In this document: one piece after another, positions 1-12,617 of the stretch | Numbering within the stretch: position 1 is the stretch's first letter | Layout: each line of letters begins with the position of its first letter | DNA from: the human T2T-CHM13v2.0 reference genome, Homo sapiens | Length of the DNA: 64,000 nucleotides | Direction: 5' to 3' (one strand) | Assembly (NCBI RefSeq): GCF_009914755.1 | Contig: NC_060936.1 | The notes under the pieces: generated by a model | What the model was told of the DNA's origin: nothing | Databases searched by the model: none | Seen by the model: the letters and a program-made list of their open reading frames with translations, nothing else | Made by a program: the position numbers and the translations under genes

Positions 1-179
1 TGTGGCAACTTTCCATTATGCCTGGCATTCCGAGTCATGCATGTGTGCAAGGTTTTGCAAAATCTTAGAGATAGAGAAGAGGCCAAAAGATGAGGTGTGA
101 GGGACATTTCACAAGTTATGAAAATATAAATTCAAAAAGGTATCACTAAAACTATCCTACTAAATTATATTATTGATAG

Positions 180-934
180 CATCCATTAAAATAGGCTATT
201 ATCAAAAAAAACAACAACAAATGCAGGTTAGGATGCAGAGAAAGGAGAACACTAGTCCACTACCGGGGGGAGTGGAAACTGGTACAGCCACTGTGGAAAA
301 CAGTATCGACCTTCCTCTAAAAACTAAAGATAGATGTGCCATACAATTCAGCAATCCCAAAAGTCACAATATCGAATCAGCCTAAGTGTCCCTCAATGAA
401 TGGATTAAAAAAATATTGTATACATATACACAATGGAATACTATTCAGCCACAAAAGAATGAAGTTCTGTCATTTGCATTAACATAGATGGAACTGGAAG
501 ATATTATGTTAAGTGAAATAAACCAGGCCCAGAATAATGGGTAGAAGAAGTGGAAATATTGCATGTTCTCACTCATATGTGGTAGCTAAAAATATTGAGC
601 TCATGGATGTAGAGAGTAGAATAATAATTACTAGAGGCTGGGAAAGGTTGGGGATGGGAAATAAAGAGAGGCTGGTTAAAGGTGCAAAAATACAATTAGA
701 AGGAATAAGTTCTAGTGTTCCATAGCATAGTAGGGTGACTATAATTAACAATAATTTGTTGTATATTTCAAAATAGCTAAAAGAGAATATTTGGAATGTT
801 CCCAACATAAAAAATAAAAAAATGTTTGAAGTGACAAATCTCCCAATTACCCTGATTTGATCATTACACATTGTATGCATGTTTAATACATATCACACGT
901 ATCCCATACATATGTACAATTATCATGTATCAAT
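180..934 (+). mobile_element. L1MA-type LINE-1 3' end
   Basis: ORF2 C-terminal and 3'UTR motifs (tggaatactattcagcc, gaaggaataagttctagtg, tacaattatcatgtatcaat); its terminal bases lie inverted at 1056-1098. Confidence 0.85.
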
Positions 935-1042
935 CACTTGAACCCAGGAGGCGGAGGTTGCAGTGAGCCCAGATCGTGCCATTGCACTCTAGCTTGGGCA
1001 ACAAGAGCAAGACTCTGTCTCAAAAAAAAAAAAAGAAAGAAA
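932..1042 (+). mobile_element. AluS 3' portion (inverted half of a split Alu)
   Basis: aatcacttgaacccaggaggcggagg...gtctc + polyA, followed by TSD aatggatgct. Confidence 0.9.
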
Positions 1043-1097
1043 AGAATGGATGCTATGAATGATAGTTTAATAAAATTTTTATTGATACATGATAATT

Positions 1098-1293
1098 GCA
1101 ATTCTCCTGCCTCAGCCTCCTGAGTAGCTGGGATTACAGGCGCCCACCACCACACCTAAATCATTTTTGTATTTTTAGTAGAGACGGGGTTTCACCATGT
1201 TGGCCATGGTGATCTTGAACTCCTGACCTCGTGATCTGCCCACCTCAGCCTCCCAAAGTGCTGGGATTACAGGCATTAGCCACCGCACCCGGC
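1098..1293 (-). mobile_element. AluS 5' portion (other half of the split Alu)
   Basis: Alu left arm and linker on minus; flanked by agcatccatt, the reverse complement of the TSD. Confidence 0.9.
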
Positions 1294-1979
1294 AGCATCC
1301 ATTATTTTCTTTTTTTTTTCCCCCCAAAAGCTATCATACTCCTAGAAATAGAGAGGCCCTTCTGGGCAGGTCTGTTGTGATTAGGAGAGCCTTCCTCTGC
1401 CTCCCAGAGAAGACACCAAGCACACACTGGACCTGTGTGATTAAGCGGAACTGAGAGGCCTATTTTATAATTTTAAAACTTGTTAAGTTTCTTTGGTCAC
1501 CATTAATCTCTGCCACAATCACATGTATCACTCAGGCCACCACTACCAACATTACTTCTTAGTTTCATTCAAAGGAATGTTGTCAAATATGTGGATTTCT
1601 CCTACCCTGAAATCCAGATAAAGCAATGGGCATTTTGATGAATACAAAATGTGGAATTAGTTTTTTAGCTAAAAAACAATTGCTCAAGATCTTGGTTGGC
1701 CCGGAAGGATAATTTCTTTCTAAGTAGAGTGTGCTGGGCTTCTCCCCTCCCAACTTAGAATGCAGATGGCAGTTCAGGAACAGTTTTTAATAATCTAACT
1801 TCACAATAGACAGATGTGGTGGGTATTAATATAACAGAAATAAACTATTATAAGCTACTGCTCACTGTGAGCTCTGTGCTGTGCTGGGTAGTTCTCTCCT
1901 GTTATCGCATTTGCTCAATTGCACAACTAATGTTTACTCAGTGTTTGGTACTTCTTCTAAATGCAGCTTAACATAGTAC

Positions 1980-2157
1980 AGAGGTTGTCAAATGTCAGTG
2001 GACTTTGGAATTACCTAGAGAGAATGTGACAAATGTGTCCCCACCTCCAGAGTTGCTGATTCAGCTGATGGGGATGAGGGTTGAGAATCTGCATTCCTAA
2101 CACATTCTCAGGTGATGTTGATGCTGCTGGTCTGGGGACCACACTTTGAGATCACTG
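1980..2157. mobile_element. MER5A (hAT-Charlie)
   Basis: gagaatctgcattcctaacac...ggggaccacactttgag...cactg termini. Confidence 0.75.
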
Positions 2158-2159
2158 AC

Positions 2160-2370
2160 ATTGTAGTTAAAAGCAGTGACTTTGCTATCAGACTGATTTG
2201 GTTTGAGTCCTCTAACTTTGGATACATTTTGTAACCTCTTGCCATTTCATTTCCTCATCTGTAAAATTATACCTCCAACATTAGCTATTTTGGGGATTAA
2301 ATGATATATATGTGTAGTGTTTAGTACAGTTTTTTATGTGTTAGAACTCAGTAAATGTTAACTGCTACTA
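2160..2370 (+). mobile_element. MIR
   Basis: Core catttcctcatctgtaaaat; 3' ctcagtaaatgttaactgcta. Confidence 0.75.
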
Positions 2371-2648
2371 CTGCAGCAATTACTACAGTGCTACTGTTAC
2401 TACTAAATAGAATTAGAAAATGACTGATTTCAAAATCATTTTTAAATTGTCAATGCCACCTCTTCTCTCTACCTAGAGCTGAGTGCCAACATCTGTTATG
2501 ACATCATAATGAGATTAATAACTAAGACCCTAAGGAATAATATATTGGATTTTTCATATTATTATGAAGGTTCTCCATCACAACTTAAGAAAAATATGTA
2601 AACTATGTGTCATTTTATATTTTAAAATTATTATTATTATTAGTTATT

Positions 2649-3050
<402 letters not shown>

Positions 3051-3054
3051 CATA

Positions 3055-3360
3055 TTTTTTTTTTTTTTTTTTTCTTTTTGAGACGGAGTTTCACTCTGTC
3101 ACCTAGGCTGGAGTGCAATGGCATGATCTCGGCTCACCACAACCTCTGCCTCTGGGTTCAAGTGATTCTCCTGCCTCAGCCTCCCAAGTAGCTGGGATTA
3201 CAGGAGCCCACCACCATGCCCAGCTAATTTTTGTATTTTTAGTAGAGATGAGGGTTCACCCTGTTGGCCAGGCTGGTCTCAAACTCCTGACCTCAGGTGA
3301 TCCACCTACCTCGGCCTTCCAAAGTGCTGGGATTACAGGTGTGAGCCACCATGCCCAGCC
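3055..3360 (-). mobile_element. AluSx-like
   Basis: Full-length Alu, polyT at 3055-3080, tggtcat flanks. Confidence 0.9.
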
Positions 3361-3825
3361 CTGGTCATCACTTTTAATAAGAAACATAACCCTGAAAATA
3401 ATCTCTAGGGAAGGAAGTTGTAATTGACTCAATTTATTAACTTCACTAAACATTATTGAATATATTATTATGGGCTAACTAAAAAATAATTCCATTCAGT
3501 GGTCACACACACACACACACACTCCCCAAAACAAACAAACAAAAACAAACAGGAACCTTCATGAAATATTGCTTAGTCATAAGAAATATTTTATAAGAGT
3601 TACCATATACTTTGGCCATAGAAAATTCCAATAACTCATTCAAATGAAATTAGCCTGCCACTAATCTGCAAAACGATAAGAGTGTCAGAGATGGCATAAT
3701 ATATAAGTTGGAAAGATGCTTATCACCTATTAACCACATACTGACGTAGCACTGCTATCAGTTGTATGATTGCAGACACCTGGAAGGTCATCCTAGCCTC
3801 TTTCAACCACTGGCATCTAGATTCT

Positions 3826-4144
3826 TGTTATAGGCTGAATGTGTCCCTGCCAAGTTCATATGTCGAAATTATAGCCCCCTCTGTGATGACATTAGGAGGT
3901 GGGACATTGGGAGGCGATTAGGTCATAAGAGGGGAGCCCTCATGAGTGGGATTAGTGCCCTTATAAGAAGATAAGTAAGAGAGATGATCTCTCTGGACTA
4001 TGTAAGAATACACGAAAAGACAGTCTTCTACAAACCAAGAAGAGGGCAATTCACCAGCTTCCAGAGCTGCGAGAAATACATGTTTGTTGTTGAAGCCACA
4101 CAGCCTGTGGTATTCTATTATAGCAGCCCAAACTGTTCAAGGCA
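3826..4144 (+). mobile_element. MLT1A/B-type MaLR LTR
   Basis: tgttataggctgaatgtgtccc...tgtggtattctattatagcagccc...ca. Confidence 0.75.
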
Positions 4145-4406
4145 ATTCTTTTTTAGGTTTATACAGAGCTACTAAAAAATAAAACTGGTAAGTTAACACC
4201 AAAGGTTTCATCCAAATCATTTAAAACAAGGGTGGTAATAGTCACATTAAAGAAATGTAACTTTCTATGTTGGCTTTGAATGCTCTAATATCCATAATGA
4301 GATTTTAAAAAAATAATACACGCACTTGGATTCTTTGCTTTGCAGGTCTCTTGGACATTTAAGTAGAAGTGACATTTATTACCCAATGCTTACTAATACT
4401 GTAGTT

Positions 4407-4544
4407 CGGGGATGGGCAAACTACAGCCCCCTTTCCCCACCTCTGTCATTTTCTAAATAAAGTTTTATTGGAACACAGCCACTCTCTTTCTTTCACATAT
4501 TGTCTCAGGCTACATTTATGCTACAGAAGGGTTGCCAACCTCTG
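4407..4544. mobile_element. MER58A (hAT-Charlie), internally deleted, inside a relict exon
   Basis: Termini cggggatgggcaaac / gttgccaacctctg; aataaagttttattggaacacagcc; 8-bp TSD ctgtagtt/ctgtagac. Confidence 0.8.
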
Positions 4545-5007
4545 CTGTAGACAGTTACTTGGAACACTTTGCAGAGAAATGTGGCAAGGAGAAATGTAAT
4601 CTCTTTCCTAGAAATATCTACCCAAAGAGGTAATTTATATTCAGTAAAATAGTGTCCTAGTACAGTAACAAATTAGCCTTACAGTTGATTTCCTGTTAAC
4701 TTCAGACTGAAATATTCACTAGCCCTTCTGAATGCTCAGTGTCATTACAATGATGTATCCACCAGCCATGGGCAACACTCTACTCTGGGCCAGGAGTTGT
4801 CCTCAGTTTTGCATTATTCTTGCTTAATTTTAAAAGTCAAACTTACATTTATTAAGGTTAATAAAGTCCCAGAACCTCATCAATGGCTAAATAACCTTTC
4901 TCTGGAAACCACATTGTTTTTTCAGAAGTAGTACTTCCCTTTAAGCATCTATAAACCTATTTTATTTTATAGAACATGGTATTGGCCTGCCTTTAAAAAT
5001 GAGTTCC

Positions 5008-5232
5008 TTTTTTTTTTTTTTTGAGACAGAGTCTAGCTCTGTGGCCCAGGCCCAGGGTGGTGTGCAGTGGCACGATCTCAGCTCACTGTAATCTCTGCCT
5101 CCCAGGTTCAAGCGATTATCCTGCCTCAGCCTCCTGAGTAGGTGGGATTGCGTGCACCACCATGCCAGGCTGATTTTTGTATTTTTAGTAGAGATGGGGT
5201 TTCACCATGTTGGCCAGGCTGATCTCAGACTC
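5008..5232 (-). mobile_element. AluS, 5'-truncated
   Basis: Alu right arm and partial left arm on minus. Confidence 0.85.
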
Positions 5233-5359
5233 TAAGTTTCTATTTCTTTAACAAATGTCTTTCCAAGTACTTGAGGTACAATTTCTATGATGCTTCCAAA
5301 AAAAAAAATTAACACATATTTGTTGGGTGAATAGAGAGTATGTATCAGAGTGGGAGGAA

Positions 5360-5545
5360 CATGAGAGTTCAACTCTCAGAAGTTCCACTTCCTGCTAGTG
5401 TATGATAACCCTCTGAGCCTCAATTTCCTTATCCTTAAAATAAAAGTAATCTCTATGTCATAAGATTGTGGTCAGGATTTTAAACAATGCATGTAAAATG
5501 CATAGTGAGAGCCAGACACTTTACAAGTGGTGATTTAGTGAATGC
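5360..5545 (+). mobile_element. MIR
   Basis: ctctgagcctcaatttccttatcc core. Confidence 0.65.
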
Positions 5546-6474
5546 CAGTGAAGTGGGCTTAGTTATTTTTCTTTTCAGATTTCTTTTTGATTTAGTTGGA
5601 TTTTCTTAGAGGTGAACTAGATGCTTAAAAGTAGTCATGCTTAAATTTATTCAGGCAAACTTTAACAAATTTAAGATACCGTGCCTTTACTGAAACAACA
5701 GTTTCAAGACACAGTTTGTAGCTTGAACTGGAAAGAGAATATGAAGATAAAGGACACCAGAAGGCTCTGGCACAGCTCTGGTGTCGCCGACGCTACTTAG
5801 AGCCCTAACTCCCTTACCCTCTTTCCCCAGCCTTTCAGTGCTTCACAGATGCTTGCCATTGGTCACACAGTGGCCAGAGAATGAGTGTTTGGATGATTGT
5901 CTGTCAATCCTCCATCCTGAGAAGAGAGGCAATAATTACCCCTGCCCAGATGATCCACAGCCATGGAAGGCATTCATTCCATCCTTTGGGGCAGTGATGC
6001 TTAGAAAAGCCCTCACCTGATGGCAGGCTGAAAGATCTGAATTGCAGTCCCAGTTCCGCAACCCGTCAGCTATGCAACCCCAGACACAGCAATCTGCACC
6101 ATTCTGAGTCCTAAGTGTCTTCAGCAAATTAAATGAGATATCTGTGATCCTTCCAGATTTATAGCCTTTTCCATCAGGGAAGTGAAGTATATGCATGAAC
6201 TTTAAAGGAATAGGGGGCTATATGCCAGCCTAAAATATCCATTCTGATTTGGGACAGGTTTCTCAGACATTTATTCTCAAGATATCCCACATTGGCTCTT
6301 TTCTCAGCTGCTAAGATCTGACCCTTGCAATAATCAGGTTTCCAGAGGTATGGAACACAACAAATTAGTAGGCCCTAGAGGGCTACTAATGGCTGTCTCC
6401 CACCTATGTAAATACACATAAATAATCACTCAGTCATCCATTCTAGAATCTTGCTAGTGTTTGCATTATACTGA

Positions 6475-6598
6475 CTGGTGGAGCATCTCAAATCTGAAAC
6501 TTGAAATGCTCCAGTGAGTATTTCTTGTCAGCGTTCAAAAGTTTCAGATTTTGGAGCATTTTGGATTTTGGATTTTTAGATTTGGGATGCTCAGCATG
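6475..6598. mobile_element. Tigger4a/MER46-type MITE
   Basis: gagcatctcaaatctgaaa...ttggagcattttggattttggattt...gggatgctca inverted termini. Confidence 0.7.
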
Positions 6599-7066
6599 TA
6601 TAAGAAATAAATTTTTGTTTTTGTTTTTTAATAAATTACCTAGTCTCAGGTATTCTGTTATAGAGCAGAAGCCAGGCTAAGACTGTGTTCATAATAGTGG
6701 CTCATCATTTGTTTGGCAATATATTTGTTATTAAAATATTTCACTGTGACAATACTCACTGTGATAAATTTTATTCTACAAACAACTTTCTTTAGGGTAT
6801 TTTTTTACAATCTGAGGATTATACAAAACCACCTGATAAAAATAGGCGCAATAATTCTTGGGCTTTTAGTTTCAAAGTCTGTTTTCCCATCTGTTATCCA
6901 AAGTCTGGGTCGGTCTACACAACCAAAGCAAAATGTAGGATTCTGTAATTATCCTTTGACTCAGAGACAAATAGAATATCAGTAGAAAAGGGACATCTGT
7001 GCTCATCTGATTCAATACCAGTCAGAAATATGATTCTTTGAAACATCTAACAACCATAGAGGACAA

Positions 7067-7201
7067 TCTGCTTTATTGAACCCATGAATTCAAATTCTAA
7101 TCTCATCTGGAAACACCCTCACAGACACACCCCAAAGTAATGTTTAGCTAAATACCTGGCATCCGGATCCAGTCAAGTTGACACAAACAATTAACCATCA
7201 A
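7067..7201 (-). mobile_element. MLT2 (ERVL) LTR fragment
   Basis: aacaccctcacagacacaccc...ccagtcaagttgacac...attaaccatca. Confidence 0.75.
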
Positions 7202-7577
7202 ATCCCACATCTCTAAGGCCTTCATGGCACCTAATACAAAGTAGGTGCTCAGTAAATGTTTTCTTATTGAGTGGATGAATGAATGTATTTTTATTATTTC
7301 CAGTGAAATCGTAAAGATGACTATGGATGAAGAACTACAAAGTTAGTAAAAAGTAACTGACAGACCGCTCTTAGCCTGCTAGCCTGCTGACAGATTGTAC
7401 TGCTTAGGTTGATTGACAGTTACTCTCAGAGTATTAACTGTATAACTGAGAGTAACTCAAAGTAGTAACATGTCTACATATGGGGAAGACTTCACTTGAG
7501 TCTCACTGATCCTCAAAGCAGACACTCAAAATAAATGTGCTGTGAGTTTAGTTTAGATCCAGTCCAGATGCTATTTG

Positions 7578-7670
7578 AAGAAAGAAGGGAAAGGAAAGGA
7601 AAAGAAAGAAAGAGGGAAGGAAGGAAGGAAGGAAGGAAGAAAGGAAGGAGGGAAAGAAGGAAGGAAGGAA
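7578..7670 (+). repeat. (GGAA)n/GA-rich simple repeat
   Basis: Direct inspection. Confidence 0.9.
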
Positions 7671-8262
7671 GTGAAGTAAGTTCAAAGTTACTTGTTTAAA
7701 AAATAAATACAAAGAAAATATTCTTTTCTGGCTGCCAATCTGTTAAAAAATTAAAAAGTAATATATAGTTTGGGGTTGTAATTATCAGGCTATTGTAATT
7801 TGCCCTAATTTTTGTACAGTTTTATTTATTTCAAATGTCCAATTTTAAGGAGAAGATAATAGACTTCAAATTATGGATAGAGAGATTGTAATAGAAATCT
7901 CTTCAGATACTAAGAAACCTGGTTTCATTTCATTCTCTTTGACATTTCATTCTCTTTGATCTTTAATATCCTTATCATTGGTCCTAAAATCCACTAGCTC
8001 TTTTTGGGTTACATGAACATTATTAACTTCAGATATTCTACAAGTCATGCATGTTGACTTGGGGTTCTGGTTTTGGCTATTATCTTATGCAGACTGGTGC
8101 CGTCTACCAGCAGCTTGGTACACACATTTTTTTCCTCACCAAAGATGGATTAAAGAAATAAAGTAGCAGAAGTTTTGTGAATAGTGGGTTTGACAGTAAT
8201 GCATATACCAAGATATATGCTGGTAAAATGTATCCATCCAGCAGCCTTAATTTTTACATATA

Positions 8263-8582
8263 AAGTTGTCCCTTGGTATTCACGGGGGATTGGTTCCAGG
8301 ACCCCCTGTGGGTACCAAAATCTGCAGATACTCAAATCCCTGATATAAGATGGTGTAGTGTTTGCATACAACCTATGCACATCCCCCATATACTTTAAAT
8401 CATATCTAGATTACTTATAATGCCTAATATAATGTAAATGCTATGTAAATAGTTGTTGCATTGTGTTGGTTTTTTATTTGTTTTTTTGTTGTTGTTGTCA
8501 TTTTAATTTTTTTCAGACATTTTTGGTCTATGGTTGGTTGTATTTGCAGATGCAGAATCCTCATATACAGAGGGCCAGCTGT
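8263..8582. mobile_element. MER2 (TcMar-Tigger)
   Basis: gttgtcccttggtattcacgggggattggttccagg...atacagagggccagctg with TA flanks. Confidence 0.85.
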
Positions 8583-8633
8583 AACTCATATGTTTTCAAG
8601 AGGATCTTCTCAATATAACAATGTGTAGCTTAT

Positions 8634-8934
8634 GGCCAGGCACAGTGGCACACGCCTGTAATCCCAGCACTTTGAGATGCCAAGGCTGGCAGATCTCTTG
8701 AGCTCAGGAGTTTGAGACCAGCCTGCAAAACACAGTGAAACCCTGCCTCTATAAAAAATACAAAAATTAGGTGGGCATGGTAGTCTGTGAATGTAGTTCC
8801 AGCTACTTGGGAGGTTGAGGTGGAAGGATCACTTGACCCCAGGAGGTCAAGGCTGCAGTGAGTCATGAGTGTGCCACTGCACTCCAGCCTGTGCGACAGA
8901 GTGAGACTCCGTCTCAAGAAAAGAAAAGAAAAAG
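8634..8934 (+). mobile_element. AluJ
   Basis: Full-length; ggaggtcaaggctgcagtgag. Confidence 0.9.
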
Positions 8935-9531
8935 GAAACTGCAACGATGAACAGATCAGAATAGGCGACATGCACTGAACAAGGTAAAAAAGACAGAAAA
9001 TTATCTGGAGAGGTGGCCGGAGGACACATCAAGAAGCGCCTTGTACATTGGTAAGGATTGTGGATTTTATGGTGATTAAAAGTTGCTGTGGGGTTTTTTG
9101 AGTACAGGAATGACTTAACCGGTATAATGTTTGTAAAAGGATCCATTTGGCTGCTGTGCAGAGAAATAGACAGGACAAAGTAAGTGGAGAAGCCAGGATA
9201 CATACAGGAAGCTATGGTCATTGTCCTGGTGAAAGCAATCCACAACTTGGGCCTGGTAGGGACAAAGGTGAAAAGTTGCTAATTCTACATGTATTCTTTG
9301 ATGGATTGGGCATGGAGAGGGAGAGAAAGGGAGTGGTCAATAAGATTCCAAAGTTTTGGGCCCAAGCAATTGAGTAAAACCGTGGTGACTTTTACTGAAA
9401 TAGGAAAAACTGAGGTGGGTCAGTCTGGGGCAGGGGGAAATATGAAATTCCATTTGAGAGCTGTTAAGTTTGAGATATCTATTATATAATCAAGTGGGTA
9501 TGTCAAGTAGGCATTTGTTGGTTTTTATAAT

Positions 9532-10324
9532 TGTATTAGTCAGGGTTCTCTAGAGGGACAGAACTAATGGGATAATATATGATATATACATATATATGAT
9601 ATATATATATATATATCAATTGTACCCCAAACCTCAGCATCACATAATATACTCATGTAACAAACCCACACATGTATCCCTGAATCTAAAATAAAAGATG
9701 AAATTATAAAAAAAGTTATATTGAAGCGTGAAATATTGATTACAATTTTGAAGCATAAAATATATCGATTATTATCATGGTTATTACTGAGTATCAACTT
9801 GATTGGATTGAAGGATGCAAAGCACTGATCCTGCGTGAGTCTGTGAGGGTGTTGCCAAAGGAGATTAACATTTGAGTCATATATATATATAGATATAGAT
9901 ATAGATATAGATATAGATATAGTTTAGTAAGTATTAACTCACACAATCACAAGGTCCCACAATAGGCCATCTGCAGGCTGAGGAGCAAGGAAAGCCAGTC
10001 TGAGTCCCAAAGCTGAAGAACATGGAGTCTGATGTTTGAGGGCAGGAAGGGTCCAGCATGAGAGAAAGATGTAGGCTGGGAGGCTAGGCCAGTCTAGTCT
10101 TTTCATGTTTTTTTGTTGTTTTTTTTTTTTTCTGCCTGCTTTATATTATAGCCATGCTGGCAGCTGATTAGATGGTGCCCACCCAGATTAAGGGTGGGTC
10201 TGCCTTTCCCAACCCACTGACTCAAGTGTTAATCTTCTTTGGCAACACCCTCACAGACACCTGCAGGATCAGTGCTTTGCATCCTTCAATCCAATCAAGT
10301 TGACACTCAGTATTAACCATGATA
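9532..10324 (-). mobile_element. MLT2A solo LTR containing an inverted duplication
   Basis: tgtattagtcagggttctctagagggacagaac...tattaaccatgata; 5-bp TSD ataat (9527-9531 / 10325-10329). Confidence 0.9.
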
Positions 10325-10486
10325 ATAATCAATATATTCTGTGCTTCAAAATAGTTGTAATCAATATTTGACACTTCAATATAACTTTTTTTTATAATTT
10401 CATCTTTTATTTTAGATTCGGGGATACATGTCTGGGTTTGTTACGTGGGTATATTATGTGATGCTGAGGTTTGGGGTACAAATGAT
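9615..10486. repeat. ~265-bp inverted repeat (9615-9879 vs 10218-10486)
   Basis: Arms align by hand with ~17 substitutions and 2 indels; 338-bp spacer. Confidence 0.95.
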
Positions 10487-10745
10487 CCCATCACCCAGGT
10501 ATTGTTCACAGTACCCAATAGTTATTCAACCCTTGCTCCCCTTCTTCCTTCCTCCCTCTAGTAGTCCCCACTGTCTACCATTGCCATCTTTATGTCCATG
10601 AATATCCAGTGTTTAGCTCCCACTTATAAGTGAGAACATGCGGTATTTGGCTTTCTGTTCCTGTGTTAATTTGCTTAGGGTAATGGCCTCCAGCTGTGTC
10701 CATGTTCCTGCAAAGAACATGATTTTGGTCTTTTTTCTGGCTGCA
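10385..10745 (-). mobile_element. L1PA15/16-type 3' end with short 3' extension
   Basis: L1 3'UTR (gatgctgaggtttggggtacaaatgatccc); 15-bp TSD tcaagtaggcatttg at 9503-9517 and 10746-10760. Confidence 0.85.
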
Positions 10746-10830
10746 TCAAGTAGGCATTTGGATATGAAGTCTGGTGTTCAGGAGAGTTTGGGGCTGGAGA
10801 CAGAAATTTGTAAGTTATCAATATCTAAAC

Positions 10831-11114
10831 TAGTGCTAACCAGTAGACATACGAGGCAAGTTACATATGTTTTCTAATAGCTATATGTTAAAAAGTGGAA
10901 AAAATAGGTAACATTAATTTTAGTAATGTTTTATTCAACTTAATACATCCAAAATCTCATTTTATTGTATAGTCAATATGAAAATATTATTGTGTTGTTT
11001 TACATTCTTTTTTTTATAAGTCTTTGAACTTCAGTATGAATTTTACATGTGTACCACATCTTGATTCAGACTTAATAGCCATGTGGCTAGTGGCTACTGT
11101 GTTGGACAGCACAG
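10831..11114. mobile_element. MER33 (hAT-Charlie)
   Basis: aatagccatgtggctagtggctactgtgttggacagcacag end; AT-rich interior. Confidence 0.75.
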
Positions 11115-12314
11115 GTCTGGATGGTGTTTAAAGCCAATGGACTGGATATTGAGAGACAGTATAGATAGAAAAGAGAAGAAGCCCAAGAGACCCGAGGACT
11201 GAGCCCTTGGAAACTGCAGCATTTAAAAGTCAGGAAAAAGAAGAGGAGGATCCCCAATAGAAGAGAAAAAGAATAGAAATGCTGTCTTGTTAGGGGAGCA
11301 GGATATGGGTGTATGCATTTATCAAAACTGATTGAACTGCACACTTAAAATTTATGCATTTCACAATATGTAAATTATGACTCAATTTTAAAAAGCACAT
11401 TCTAAAAATAGAAGAGAGAGAGAGAGAGAGAGAATCAAATGGAGAAAACAGTGAGGATGGTGTGGGGTTCCAGAAACAAGTGATCAACTACGTCAAATGC
11501 TGGTAAGAAGTCAAGTGAGATAAGGACAGAATTAACCAGAGAATGGGCAATGGAAGGTCATATGTCACCGTGGCAAAAGAAGATTTGAGAGAGGGGATGA
11601 AAGCTTGATTAGAAGTTCATTCGAGTGAGAATGGGGAAGCTTCTGGTCACAGATGGCTGATCTAACATGTGATTTTACTTCTGCTTCCCCTGAAACCTGA
11701 CTAAATGACAGTAAATGGAATTTGTAATGACTTACTCACACCCCTGCCCCACTCTAACATGTACAGTTTGGAAACTGGAAAGCATCTAGGGAAGGATAAA
11801 TGACTGAGATCTATGAAAGCTGAATTCCTAGTCAGCACTGGGGAAAGCAAGGAGCAATTTGTCACCATAGAACCCGCCAAAGGCTCAGAAATCTGTAATA
11901 CAGGTTCAACCAAAAGTGAGGGGTGTAGGTGGGCCTGAGAACTGTTTAAAAAGCAATTTGATACCCAGATCAGGGTATCAGCAATTTGATACCCAATGTC
12001 CAGGAGGGACATTAATACAATGAAAGGAAGCTTTTGGAAGTTAAAAATATGAAAGCTGAAACAAAAATCTCAATACAAAGACTAGAAGGTAAATTGAGGA
12101 AAGTAGAGCAAAAAATCAAAGAGAAGGAAAACAGCAGAGAAAAGTAAAAAAGAAAATTAGATGATCAGTCCAAGAGGTCTAACATCTCAATGATAGGAAT
12201 TACAGAAAGAGGGAACAACAACAAAAGAACATACATGAAGAAACAGTCAAAGGAACAATTCAAGGAAATTTCCAAAGTGGAATGACAGGAATTTCTAGAT
12301 TAAAAAGGCCCACC

Positions 12315-12617
<303 letters not shown>

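Larger units (their letters stand above)
9000..11640 (-). mobile_element. L2, fragmented by nested L1PA16, MLT2A and MER33
   Basis: L2 motif caagtgggtatgtcaagtaggcatttg|gatatgaagtctgg is continuous across the 9518-10760 insertion. Confidence 0.75.
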
